Positions 1-14,734 of a DNA stretch of 64,000 bases are shown one piece after another. The position numbers and the translations under genes were made by a program. Source of the DNA: Parasitella parasitica NRRL 2501. Lineage: Eukaryota; Fungi; Mucoromycota. The stretch is taken from NCBI GenBank assembly GCA_025201805.1, contig MU619253.1:250202-314201 (forward strand), given 5' to 3'. The notes beneath the pieces were generated by a model. The model was not told the origin of the DNA, did not search any database, and saw only the letters and a list, made by a program, of their open reading frames with translations. Numbering within the stretch: the first letter of the stretch is position 1; every line of letters starts with the position of its first letter.

Positions 1-1382
1 AGCGTCAATCCATGGAATCCTCGATTCCTGGACAAGCTATATGCTGGGACCAATCCTATTGGCGTTATTTCTGAACTTTTGCTGGCTGTACTGAACAGCA
101 ACGTCCATGTGTATCATGTATCACCTGTGCTTACACTGATGGAGGTTGAAGTTGCAAAGGCTGTTGGGCGATTATTGAATATGGGAGAGGTTAATGCCAC
201 TATTTCAATTGAAAGCTGCAATGAAAAGTAACCCCATCAAATATAGAATTCAGGTGGTTTACTATGCCCTGGTGGTTCAGCTTCAAATTTGTTGGCTATG
301 GTCACAGCACGAAACAGGATGTTCCCAATGATAAAGTCAGAGGGCTATTTTCCGAAGCCAATGAATCCAGCAGCTACATACGGCAAATTAACAGTGTTTA
401 CCTCGCTCCATAGCCATTACAGTATTGACAAATCAGCTCAGGTCATGGGGCTAGGCACAGATAATATAATCAAGGTGCCAGTTGATGACATTGGAAGAAT
501 GCAAGTAGATGAATTGGGTAATTAAAAAAGCGAGCAAAAAGGATCTTTCTTTGCTAATGATTTGAAAAAGAAAAAATGATTCTATCAAGTATAGAAAAGG
601 GTGAAACGCCATTTTTCATTAATGCAACAGCAGGCACTACAGTTTTGGGTGCATTTGACCCTATTCGACAGATATCAGCATTAGCAAAAAAATACAACTG
701 CTGGTTACATGTGGATGGCTCATGGGGTGGCAGTGCTGTATTTTCGGATAAAGCTAGAAAAGAAAGAGACTGGTTTGATGGCTCCGAGTTGGCAGATACG
801 TTCACATTGAATCCTCATAAACTGCTGGGCGTGCCATTGCAATGTTCCATGCTAATTACACCTCATCAAGGGCATCTGTTGTTTGCCAAGGCCAATTCTT
901 TACGAGCAGACTATCTCTTCCATGGCAACCCATATGATCTGGGAGCAGGCACTATTGGCTGCGGTCGTCGTCCAGACGCTGCCAAAGTATTTTTGGCATG
1001 GAAATTCTATGGACAGCAAGGGCTCGGTGCTCGCGTAGATAGAGCGCTAGCTACTGCAGATGAATTCACACAGCTCGTTAGGCAAAGAGCCTCGTTTGTG
1101 CTAGTTAAAGACCCTAGTCCTTTCTTGCAAATCTGTTTTTGGTTTATGCCGCCAGGCTTGGAAGAAAAACACATTGATTTGTCTAAAGTTACAAGAGAAA
1201 TCCACCGCAGAGTGAATCAATCCGGTGAGTTCATGGTAGATCATTCGCCTTTGGCTGGAACGTCAGATTTCTTTCGCATCGTAGTCAATGCGCCCGCCGT
1301 CGGCCTGCATCGTGACCTTGAAAGACTCCTTGATACCATTGAGGAGGTCAATGCAACTATAGATTGGAAGAATGTTTTATAA
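1..1382 (+). CDS. Group II PLP-dependent decarboxylase (GAD/CSAD/GADL1-like), 5' end outside window
   Basis: Exons 1-189, 247-517, 571-1382 join in frame: NPRFLDKLYAG, PGGSASNLLAM, HYSIDKSA, TAGTTVLGAFDP, WLHVDGSWGG, NPHK (PLP lysine), CGRRPDA. Confidence 0.92.
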
Positions 1383-1552
1383 TTATAAACTTTTTTTTTT
1401 CTTTTTCTGATAACGTGTTGGAGTCAAATGACTTGTTGAGGCATTGTCGAAACAAAATGTTGGACATTTCATTCAAGGCGGGGACTTAGTTCCCTTCTGT
1501 GTCCCCTCCCCCCCCCTTTTCTCCCTTTTTGAGTGGGGTGTTTATTTTGTTT

Positions 1553-1579
1553 TTGTTGTTGTTGTTGTTGTTGTTGTTG
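1553..1579. repeat. (TTG)n microsatellite upstream of the RasGEF gene
   Basis: About 9 TTG units seen directly. Confidence 0.9.
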
Positions 1580-1702
1580 CTGCTCTTTCTGCTTTTTTCT
1601 TTTCTTTTCTTTTTTTTTTTTCCTTCTCATTGTCTTTTTTATTATCCTCGAGAAAAAAAAAGCGTCATTGTGTTTACATCAACAAATTGATAATATCTTT
1701 CC

Positions 1703-4700
1703 ATGGCATCACCTTCTCTGTTATGTAGAGTACAGGCGCTCTATTCCTTTGAATCAAACGACCCTTCCTCCTTGAAATTTGATGAAGGCGATTTCATAGA
1801 TGTCTTGACTAAATTACCCTCTGGTTGGTGGGATGGATGGTAGATGGCAAAATAATATGGTTTTTTCTAAACGCTAAAACTAACATGTCGTTAGGTGTAA
1901 TGGAAGTCGCGGCTGGTTTCCTAGCAACTATGTTACAATAATCGATGAGTATGGTGGTACAGGACCAGTGGTATGCATAAAATCAAAATTGGGAATTTCA
2001 TGGCAACTAACCAATTTTAAATAGTCTCCAACGACAACACCACCAATAACAGCAACAGCAACACCACTGCCACCAATTGGGCCAAAAAATGCCACTAGAA
2101 GAATAAGCTCACAGACAGAATTATTTGACGATAGAGTAGGATCAAGTGGAAATGAAGGCAGTAAACGCACTTCCTTACCACCCAACTGGTCAATTCAGAA
2201 TCGCGAAGACGGATCCGCAAGTTATTATTTTAATACAATCACAGGAGAAATGCGATCAACTTATCCTTACGACGATTCTGGCTCATTTTATGAAGGCGAA
2301 TCCGACGAAGATTCAGCTACTTCAAGTATTGACAGCACCTCGAGGTCAGACTCTGCCTTGGAGGTCAGTTATTTACCAACATCCGAAGAATCTATCGTGT
2401 CTGACCATTCACTGAAAGACATACAACATCAACAACAGCAAGGAAAAGTATGTGCAATTTTTTTCGTTGTTGTCTCCTCAACTATAAACTTACCCCTTAA
2501 TTTTATTATTCTTTCATTATAACTAGTGGATTCAGCGCACTACACCTCAGGGTCTCCCATTTTTTTATAATCTGTCAACTCACGAAACTGCATGGCATGC
2601 AGACTCACAGGTAATCACACAGTTCAGTTGGAAATCTAACAGCTTGTGTTGACCCTATTGTATATGAAATCTTACTAGGAGCAGCAGGGATCGCCCAAAG
2701 TCCAACCTAGATTACCCTCTAATAATGCTACTTCGCCAACATCAGCATCAGCAAAATATCCTTTTCAACCGTCTCCCTCGTTTGACAATAATGAAATTCT
2801 CACATGGAACAAGCTTTCAATTCATATCACCCTGACAATCAACAATTTAATTGCATCTGCAAAGAACTCACAGAGATCCTTGTACAAGAAATACGCTGCT
2901 CGCATAGTCGAAGCTGTAAGGTTCATGTTGGTTGCTTCAGGTACCATCAGCAAGGAATCCCTGCATATAAAAACTAGCAATGTGCTCCGATCACACCACC
3001 GCGCAATGATGGCCTCCATGTCGAAATTAGTCTTGTCGGCCCAGTTATGTGCTGATGGTACTGTACATGATATTAGCAAAATCCTAGCTGATTGTCATGA
3101 GCTACTGGTGGCTGTTCGTAATTTCATCAGCACCTGTGAAAGTATACCTGTAGAAATCAACAATGTCGACCCACATCTGATCTCTTCGCCGCAAGACGAA
3201 AGCAAAGCTCCCTGGGATACGTCCGCAATCCGACGGCAGAATTCTATATCTTCTACCTCAGGATCTGTAATGGACCATGGCATCCGAGCAAAATACGAAC
3301 TGCAGCCTGACTTGATTGAAATTCTGGACGCTTACGGTACTAGTATGCAGGAATCAATGGAGTCTCTTATGGCAAATCTCACACGCCATAGTGATTCTCG
3401 GTGTTCTTTGGCAGTTTTGCTGTTTACTCAATACAGAAATTTCGGTAACCAGAATGGCCAATTTTTGTCTATCATAGAAGACATTGATTTCAATGGAGTC
3501 ATCCAGTCGCCTTTGATGAAAGATCTGGCTGTTGCCAAACAGAAACTCTTTGACGGTCTAGGTTTACTCTTCATCAAGATGCAAACAATGACGGACGACA
3601 CTGTTCCCATGGAGAAGGCCACTACGGAGATGCAACAAGCTGCTCAATCCATCACTGAGGCCATCAGACTAGTGTGTGATCGTATGGCCGATTTAGTCAA
3701 TGAAAAGAAGGGCCAAAGCAAGGTGATTCGGAATACGTCGAGCAATCGTAGCAGCTTGCTTGGATCCATCGACAAGGACACTTCCTTGGGTGATTTCCTA
3801 CACAATGCGACCGGAAGTCACGATCTATCCTTTGATTTAAGTCTGTCTTCTTCAATGACCCTTAAAAATCCTTCTTTAACTTCTACTGAAGACTTGAAGA
3901 AGCGGTCCCAATCCTTGTCCGTAGATACTGCTCAATCTAGCGATAGTAGCAGCACCAAAGCAAGCAATCGCTCCTCTGCCCCCATCACTGAAAACACACC
4001 CACATTAATGGCCGAAACATTGAAAAACAGAGCGCATACATTGACAGAAACTCAGTCGAAACATACAAGCGCAAAATTGAAGCAGTTCTTTGGGGATGAT
4101 CTACCTGATCCCAACGCCTCTTCTAGCGATACAGCACCTACATCTCCATCAGAAATTCCCATAGGAGGAGCAAACGCATCAGGGCAAGGGCCAAGAAAAG
4201 TCTCTGCGACACCATCGAACGTTAGTGCCAACACGGCCGGAAGTTTGCAGGAAGATGAACAACGATATCTCCAATACGACTACAGTGCCAATGAAATTGT
4301 TTTTACCGTCGAGGGCACTGTCAAAGGAGGCACTCTTCGTGCACTTGTCGAGCGCATGACTTTGCATGACTATTTAGATATGAACTTCAACAGCACCTTT
4401 TTACTTACGTACCGATCGTTCTGTACTTCTATGGAATTATTGGAATTGCTCGAAGCCAGATATAATATACAACCGCCTGCCGATCTTACACCCGAGGAGC
4501 TAGAAATATGGGTTACCAAGAAGCAAAAGTTGATTCGATTGCGTGTGTTCAATGTGCTCAAGATCTGGCTGGAGCAATACTATTACGAAGAAGATTCGGT
4601 GATTTTGGATCGCTTGCTGCATTTCACAAACACCAGCATCAAGGACACACTGAGTTTTTCTGCTTACCAACTGGAGCGCCTAATTCAAAAGCGCAAAGAA

Positions 4701-5652
4701 GCCTGCAAAGATCTTAAAAAGCTAGTCATCACTCAGCAGCAAGATTCCCCTGACCCTATATTACCAAAAAATTTGAAAAAGTTCCGTCTTTTGGATCTAG
4801 ACGCAATTGAAATGGCACGTCAATTAACCCTAATGGACTTTAAGCTGTACAGCTCAATCAAACCAGTCGAATGTCTTGACAAAGCCTGGTCCCGTGACAC
4901 TACCCCAAATGATGACCATCATACGCCTGTGGCACGTAACATCCAATCTTCAATTGACTATTGTAACCAGGTTACCACTTGGGTCTCTGACGAGATTTTG
5001 AGTCAATCCGAAGTCAAGAGAAGAAGCGCACTCATCAAATACTGGGTCAGCGTTGCCGAACGCTGTCGTACTCTTAACAATTTCAACACCTGCATGGCTA
5101 TTCTGTCTGCATTTGACAATAGTGCTGTTGGCCGCCTCAAGCGTACCTGGGAAATGGTTGGTGCACGAACAAATCACACTGTTGCGAATATCCGTAAATT
5201 AATGGGAGCAAGTCGTAATTTTAATCAATACAGAGCTCTGATTCATTCTGTGAACCCTCCTTGTATTCCTTTTCTGGGCATCTACCTCCAGGATCTCACC
5301 TTCATTGAGGACGGTAATCCAAACTTTCTCAAGACATCCAAGGATTTGATCAACTTTGCCAAGCGTGCCAAGACTGCTGAGGTTATCCGCGAAATCCAAC
5401 AATATCAAACTATGGGCTATCAGTTTAGAGCCGTGGACGAAATCCAGAGCTTTATTCTCGATAGTTTGCACAGCTCTCGTGATGAAGATCAATTGTACAA
5501 AGAAAGTTTGAAACTTGAACCAAAGTAAGTTGCCGTATAACCATTTTATGATTACAATTAATTGACCCTTCTTTTTTTTTTTTTTTTTGCGTATCAGGGA
5601 ACGAGATGATGAAAAGATTACACGACTCTTGCAGGAATCAGGTTTCTTGTAA
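1703..5652 (+). CDS. CDC25: Cdc25-type Ras guanine nucleotide exchange factor (SH3, WW-like, REM, RasGEF domains), multi-exon
   Basis: ATG 1703 gives MASPSLLCRVQALYSF...SGWWDGW|CNGSRGWFPSNYV (SH3); LPPNWSIQNREDGSASYYFNTITGE (WW); VKGGTLRALVERMT, FLLTYRSF, LNNFN, PCIPFLGIYLQDLTFIEDGN; last exon ends LQESGFL* at 5652. Confidence 0.93.
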
Positions 5653-5701
5653 ATAACCAAACTAATACTTATAATATTATACACTTTAACGCGCACACAA
5701 A

Positions 5702-5760
5702 CACTCACTCTCTCACTCACTCACTCACTCACTCACTCACTCACTCACTCACTCACTCTC
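5702..5760. repeat. (CACT)n microsatellite in the RasGEF 3' region
   Basis: Tandem CACT units seen directly. Confidence 0.9.
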
Positions 5761-7661
5761 ATATATACACTTAAAATTCAAAGCATTCAATATCCTTATT
5801 ATTACCATTTAATTTTTACTTTTTCATTCTTTTATCACTTACACAACTACCCATCAATCAATATAATGAAAAACTACTTATTTTATAAATATAGTGGCTC
5901 TACCTTTTCAAGTACAGCGGCTCTATACAATAAATTGCATGATTATCCAATATATGATTACATATAGTATTGGAGGGTTTTGTACATAAATGAATCCGAA
6001 GCGATCTCATATGATAAATGATAGGATACAAAAATTTCCCACGACTCTGTGGAGTCTTGTAACCTTTTAAAGATACATAACATCTCTCTGAACTCTCTGA
6101 ATAATAATCGTGCGAGCGATAACATGTATGCTCCAAGAGATATTCATAGTACATCTCTTGACTAGCTTATTATTATCGGCGGATACGTGTGCTGCGAATA
6201 ATATATGCACCTATACTACCGGTATATAAAGTATGCAAATTTCAATAGAGGGCTGGAATTTAATAGTGTTAAAATTGAGTTTTTTATTTTTATTTTGGCG
6301 ATGATCAAGTCTAAACCAGAGTTATGGCATATAGAAATTAGTTGCAATGAGCTTGTATATAATTATGATAGATATTCTCATTGAAGTTTCGGTATCAGTT
6401 TAGGTTTATATGCATACAACAAGTCATATATGCAATTAAGATGCTTTCAATGAATAATTGAAGCATGTAATGTGAATAAATTATACCAGACATCCCTTGT
6501 GGATTTCAAAATAGCCTTGATATAACAACATCCAACAATGAAAAAAACTTTATTCCTAACTATCACAAGAGGCAAACTGTGTAATTTTCTGCCAGTTTAT
6601 CTGCGTATAAGACTTGAAGTTTGGTAAGATGTTATTACAGTGTTCTGAATTCTGAAGTTTATAAAAGGTTCAATACTGGTATCAAATATGTCTGATATTC
6701 TTTCACCTTAGTTTATGCATATCCCGGCTTTTAAAATTCTTTTGCATCTGAAGTATTATACTGCCAGCTCTTAACTATCGTCTTATAAATAATTTACAGT
6801 GATTCCTGATCATCATCACAAGGTAAATATAATAGCCAATTCATGCTTACAGTAAATCTGCCTCGACAAAGTTAAGCAATCGGCTGTTGGTGTGCGCCCT
6901 CTTGGTATACTTGCATAAATTTTCGCTGGAATAAAAAACCCAAGTCTACGCATTCTTCCAACAGGGCGCCCTAGACTAGATGGTACAGGGCTTACATATT
7001 ATTTGAATTCCAAGGATCTAATGAATCGTGCTATTTATGAGAGGGGAGGCAAGTCAAAGCGAAAGGATGTAGATCCCCATAAATCAGAAAGAGCTAAACA
7101 CGCTGTGCAGTTGTTTTCCATATATGCACCTCCTCAATCATTTGTATTTCTCAACCCTGGTACATTGAAGCATGAATCAAATTTCCTTGACGCGTTCGCA
7201 AGTTTATAATATACAGCGCATACAGTCTTTATGGTTCAATCAATTGGTCTATTCTCATGGTTTATTGTAGCTATTAGTACCAAATAAATAAGCGATTCGA
7301 TCCTTGTTGTACGGTAGCAGGTATTCGGGGCAGTGATTACTCTCAAGTTAATTCCTATATGGTCTTTGTATATATGATCATTCATATACTGATTGTTGCT
7401 GACAAACCTTAAAATGCCATTACGGCGCTCTTGATGAGGGCAACGGCCTTCACCGTGACCACTGCAATCGAGTTGCTCGTGAGATTTTTTGACATATTCC
7501 TAATCTCTAGGTAGATTCCCCCTTACTAATGTGGGGAAAAAAGAAGCATCACCATCCCTTTTATTATCCCCGTAACTTTTCAACTTGTTTGCTAGCCTCC
7601 TTTTTTTTTTATTTATATATATATATATTTACATCTCTATCTATATAGTAAAACAAATATA

Positions 7662-8902
7662 ATGACTATTAAAGCTGTGATTTTTGACATTGGTACATCT
7701 ACAATTCATACAACTGTGACATAGATCCAAAGCTAACATCCAAGAAATAAGGTGGTGTGTGTGTTGGATCGCCCATGGCAGGAATTCATAGATTTGAACA
7801 ACAGCATGGCTTGCCTAGAAATTATATCAATGTAGCCATGTAAGAATAGCCCTACATGACATGACCAGAAAAACTATGCATATTGACCTTTTTTATAACA
7901 ATATCGATTATTTTTGCTGCTGTTGCAGTGTTCAGCAAGGTGAGCATGGTGCATTTCAAGTAAGTTTTTATTGCAATTTCCATATGGACTATGTCATTGA
8001 CGACCGAAAAAAAAAACCCCCTAGAAATTAGAACGAGGCGAAATCAAACTGCATGATTTCTACCAGGATTTTGGTGCACAATTGTCGCATTCATCCAACA
8101 AAGAGCACTACAGATCGTACCTTGCTAAATCCGGAAAAGGTAATAGCACCATAAACTAAAAGTTTGCTGCATTCAGCATTGATCAGCAACAGTAAACAAA
8201 CCCTCATTTCTGATTTTATAGTTGTCCCATCAACTATTCCTGACATTACTGTGGATGGAAAAGAACTTTTCACCACCATGATGGCGGAAACGGCAAGATT
8301 GGACCCTCACATCTTCCTTGCTATCCAAAAATTGAAAGGCAAGTGAGGAAAATATGGTCAATAAGCGTAAGCTATGTGTTTACATTGCTTCTTGTTGTGT
8401 ACATAGCCAGTGGTAAATACACTATTGCTGCCCTCACCAATAACTTTGATCTTCCTGAAGACGATTTAAAAGAAGCTGAAGCCATGGGTGCATCAGCAGC
8501 AAACCGACTCCGCGCACTGTTTGATCATTTCATTGAGTCTCGCTTGATTGGGTTGAGGTATGTAACGTTCTTCAAGACTAGCGAATACTGAATCAACAGC
8601 ACGCAGGAAACCTGATCCTAAAATCTACCATTACGCCTGTAAAGAAATCGGGATTCAGCCCAACGAAGCCATCTTTCTGGATGACATTGGCATGAACCTT
8701 CGATCAGCCAACAAACTTGGCATGAACACCATCCGTAAGTTGCTTTGAGAATTTGTTTTTATTTTTATATGTATGGTGATAATAATATATACATGAAATG
8801 CAATATACAGAGGTAAAAATGGGATATTCGGAAGACGCAGTAAAGCAATTGGAAGCGTTGACAGGTCTAGATTTGCACAGCAAACTTGTTTCCAGACTTT
8901 AA
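7662..8902 (+). CDS. HAD-superfamily hydrolase (EPHX2/ACAD10 N-terminal phosphatase-like), multi-exon, C-terminal SRL
   Basis: MTIKAVIFDIG|GVCVGSP (motif I), ALTNNF, ESRLIGLRKPDPKIY (motif III), FLDDIGMNL (motif IV); ends LHSKLVSRL*. Confidence 0.9.
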
Positions 8903-8908
8903 ATAAAA

Positions 8909-10590
8909 TTACATTTGATGGAGGAGCAGAGTTGCATCATAAACTATGTACAATTTACGACCTTCTCTCAGGATTTCATCTGCTTTTGATAGTGATGGCT
9001 GTACAGACAAATATACTGGGTTAATGCAAGCACGCACACACATACCATGTAAAATATATTACACTTACCAAACAGGGAGTGCCTTTCATTTCTTCTTCTT
9101 GTTGCTGCTGCTGCTGCTGCTGCTGCTGTTCGTTTTGGTAGTTAATCCAAGTTGCAAGAGCCTCCTTAACCAATGAGTCGGGAGCTAGGGCGAACTTTGC
9201 ATCGTCTTGATGGTGGTGGTGGTGCTGCTGCTGCTGCTGCTGGGATTGATGGGGAATCATGAATGTAAATCCAAACCGCTTCTGTTCCTCCGATGCCTTG
9301 ATTGTGAGCGAAGCAATGACTACTTTGAGCAGCAGCTTCTGTTTTCCCGTTATGGAATCGTAAGTTTTGTAGAGCAAAAACGACGAAAAAGAAGGAGAGG
9401 GAGGAGGCAGTGTGATAGAGTTGGTTTTCGTGATGGTATATTGGTTTAGCTGGTATGATCTTTTTAGCAATCCTTTAATGCTCGAGTGTGCTTTCTAATG
9501 TGCATGTATAAAGTGTCAAAACCAATGTCTCTTTCAATCCATCTTAAATGTGGCAGACAGCAGCACTAACCTTATGTACGTGTATAATGTGTGGCTGTAG
9601 AGTTAAATCTAAATCGGCCTCTGAACTTATCTCTCGGTCAAACTGGCTCTGCGGTTGGGGAGAGCTGGGCGGCGTAAGTAATCCTGCATCTGATGATGGC
9701 TTCTTGTTATCAGGTGGCAGTAATTTCACTGCATTCTGACCGATAGTGTCACTTTTTATGCTGCTGGACTCGATAGGAGTCATTGTTTCTTTGGAAACGG
9801 CTTTTTCAATTTTGAATAGAGAAGCATCCCTACGCACAGCAACATGGATTGTCGCTGACTGTGTGATCTCCTCTTCATCGTCGTCTTCGCTATCGTCCAA
9901 GCTTACGCTGTTATGTTTGGGTGGCAGCGGCGAGAATGAGATTTGCTTCTTTCTGAAGGCTGGTTTTACATGGAACGTTTTATGGTCAAAGAGAGAGTCA
10001 GGGGAGGAGGGCCGTCTGCTGTTGATGGCTGGGAGCGAGTCAGACTTGAATTGCAATGATGTAACTCGGTCGATTATTCTGTATGTATGTCCATTGTATG
10101 TATGATACCGAGCAGGCGCATCTACCATGTAGTAATGTGTCATTTTAGATACTTTAAAATAAAATCGACTCCTTAAAATTTAGATCATACCTGACAATAG
10201 CACAATAGGCATCAAGTCATCGCCACATTGGCTGCCACCATTGTTGGTTGCAATTGTTGTATTATCGCTGCTGCTACTCTGGCTATAACAGCTGCTTGAA
10301 TTGCTACGATAGTTGTACTGCTGCAGACTCCACATCGAGCTCTTTCGATCCATCGTCTTTACAATGCGTACATCAAAGTCAGATCTCTTTTTCTCTTGCT
10401 GCAACGAGTCCAACTTTGACTGGATGACTTTAGACATCTCAATGACTTTGCTATATCTGTCTCTGTCTTTCTCTGATTCTAATTGTCTCGCCAGCTTGGA
10501 TAGCTCTCGTTCCTGGTGCTGAATTGACGATAGCAAATTGATTTGCGAGCAAATGTCGTGGGTTTGTAGGTCGACTTCTTCTTGGCCCAT
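8909..10590 (-). CDS. Hypothetical protein (N-terminal coiled coil, Ser/Gln-rich linkers, globular C-terminus), 4 exons
   Basis: ORFs 10180-10590, 9544-10143 and 9021-9470 linked by short introns; terminal exon YLSVQPSLSKADEILREGRKLYIVYDATLLLHQM* ends at 8909. Confidence 0.75.
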
Positions 10591-13240
10591 AATCGTTTTC
10601 TTGTTTCTTTCTTTTTTTTTTCGATTTTTTGTTTATATTTGGAAACGAAAATAAAGAAGAAAAAAGAGGCTCAAGCGCTTTTTTTTTGGCAAACAAATAA
10701 TGGCACAAAAATTAAGGAGTAAAAGAGAACAAGGGGAGTTCTTGTTAGGCAACTGTGTAGACACATTTAAAGCTTATATAATTCACTGTCATAAGGACGC
10801 CCCTCCAGTCTCCCCTATGAATTTGATTTCTGTACATGATGTTTGTCAAGTAATATCTTTACTCGAGAACTATTGTTAGTTTATGTGCATCAAAAAAAAA
10901 AAAAAAAAAAAAAACTATTGCATTTTGCATTTCATGTGTACAGCTGCAATTGGGTTTCTTGTTGTTTTTGGCATATAATAATTGTTATTAATAGAATACA
11001 AGTGTATAGCTCTCGTTTGCATATTTACTATACATACACTGGGATAGTGGCAGTGTTTATCTCAAGCAGAGATATTGTAAATGGTGCTAATTCTTACATT
11101 CTGATCATCGTTTATTTATACAACATGTATGTATAGAATCGTGTATGGTCATATATATATAAAGCCCCACTTGTTAATTTACTTCATATACATACAACTT
11201 ACCCCTTTTTTCGTATTGTGAAAATTCTGATTTTTAGCAACTACATCTTTGTTATAGCACTACCCACAGTTTTGTAGTGTATACTCAACCACTCCTCTTT
11301 TCTATAATAAATATTACAGGCATCATTTCTCCTGATCAGAAGTGAAATTAAAATTCATTACTATAACAATATATGTATACAAATATATTAATGATCGCAG
11401 AGATAAAAATCATATAGGCGCTCAAAAAGCTTGTCTGACGACCTCGCGGAATAGTGCTTATTTCTTAGTATATGGACTATAAATCATAGGATAAACAATA
11501 GGTTACACCAAGCACTTTTGCATCGCACACATGTGAACAACGGATGAAAGCATCGCCGAGAAGCAAGAAGGAGGCGGTGGTAGTTGGCAATGTGGCCTCT
11601 GTCAAAACTCAGTTGCTTTTGCCAAAAAGACGAATACAGCCCCCCCTCTGCGCTTGGCGCTTGGTGCTACGTGATGGGCATCGCCAATGAAATATGCACA
11701 TAGTTCTACAGCATCACACTGCTGCAAAAATTCTGAAAGATCCACAAGTGGGCTCTTTCCCTTCAATACAGCCTTGTGGTCAAGTAGTTTAGTCTCAGAG
11801 CAGCCATTAGAATACGGTACTAGTTTCAATCTTGATTGGTAGATACGCACATACTTTAGCACGACTTGATTACTTTATTTTTTATTTTTTATTTTTTCGT
11901 TTGAAGCGGCACAGGATGTCTGAAAGCTCTTTGAAGTATCTGAGATTAGGGGAAAGACAATGTTATGTGTGTATAATTTATTGTTCTCTGCTGTAATCGG
12001 ATAAATGGCTGGGCTGCACAACCCAAAAAATACACGTTTATGATAACCCTGACTCAGAGACAAGCGCCAAAAAACAACATACATCCCATGTTGTCATGTC
12101 ATAATCCATTGAGGAATATTCATAAAACATAGTTATCAGATGAAAACTAGAGCGTAATGTCAACAAGAGCGACACTACACTTTGATTATCCATCTTTGTC
12201 AAGAAAATGGTTTACCTCTTCTGATGCAGCTCCCTTGAGGATAATTCCAGGGATTTGCAAATGTCGGACATGTTGATATCTTTTGTTGGCAGATGTGTAG
12301 CTTAGCGTGCTTTTTCTGGTACTCCTTACAGTCTTGCACTTACTCCTTACAAATCGGTGATGTCTGATGGCGTGTTGGTATACATCTCACGAAATGATGC
12401 CACCGCTGAGGCCAACTTGTGATGGTGTTTTGCGAGGAAATTGTCGTGTCATGTAATGGGTCAAGCAATTTTTTTTTTTTTTTTTTTTTTTTACTACAAT
12501 GTCTTTCGGTAAACATACAAGAAGTGAACTTGCACATTGTTTCCATTGTTACTTGTACAAGTTGAGCTTTCTGCTTGATTTCTATCATTAAATCAAATAG
12601 AGTAGAGTCAATTGTGGCATCTTTGCCGTATCATAAATACCTGGACGTTCACTTTTGCTGTGGCTATTTCAGGACTAACAAAAAGACATTTGACCTTTAT
12701 TATAAAACATAAAAACATAAAGAAAGGGGGGGGGGGAGAATAGTCTGTAGCAAAGTTTGAGCTCAAAGACTTTTTCAGTAGGCAACAAGCTTGTCTTAAG
12801 GAACGAAAGGCGCTCTCTTTATCCTTGTAACGTTTGACTACATGTCAAAATTTCTGCCAGGTATTTTTTTTTTTTTTTTTTTTTTTNNNNNNNNNNTAAT
12901 TGTAAGGTTTGATTAAGCTGCCTCATTCTTGAACATTGCTGATTATATGTAAGCCCAGGAAATACATCTAGTTTTTAAGAATTTTCTCGTACTACCCATC
13001 TTCCAGTCCAGGGGCAAAAATGTATGAAAAAGAAGCATGTTGTGCTACAACATGTGCCTGGAGAGCTGCTTGCGTGGAACCGGAATTGAGCCATGTAATA
13101 ACGTATGATGGTGTGCGTCTAAGGTATGTAGCTCTTGTTCCGTGCAAGCCGATAGAGCATACATGAAGATTATTATTGGATAATTGCTATTTTATAATCG
13201 ACATAAGTTTATTTTCGCTTTTATAGGCTAAGAGGGGGGC

Positions 13241-13241
<1 letters not shown>

Positions 13242-13271
<30 letters not shown>

Positions 13272-13276
13272 TGTAT
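13242..13276. repeat. (TATG)n microsatellite
   Basis: Tandem TATG units downstream of the zinc-finger gene. Confidence 0.9.
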
Positions 13277-13481
13277 TTATATCAAAGGATGGGCAGTTAT
13301 GAAAGGTTTGGCATGTGGCAGTAAAACAAAAATAAAAAAATAAAAAAAAAGGGTTCATAATTTCCGGCATAAAAGGTTCTTCTGTTGTATACATGAGTAA
13401 ATGAGTGTAACAAAACACGTGAAGCAAATATCATTTAAGGAGTGGACGGGTTCAGCGTATGTAGAGGGTAACAGGGGATCA

Positions 13482-14734
<1,253 letters not shown>

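Noticed and set aside
1444-1775. Poly-V/L/C ORFs here, and similar ones at 24743-25156 and 51761-52845
   Set aside because: Artefacts of microsatellites or antisense reading of polyQ exons
5900-7500. Possible decayed F-box gene or repeat in a long intergenic stretch
   Set aside because: Only scattered weak motif resemblance; no consistent frame could be built
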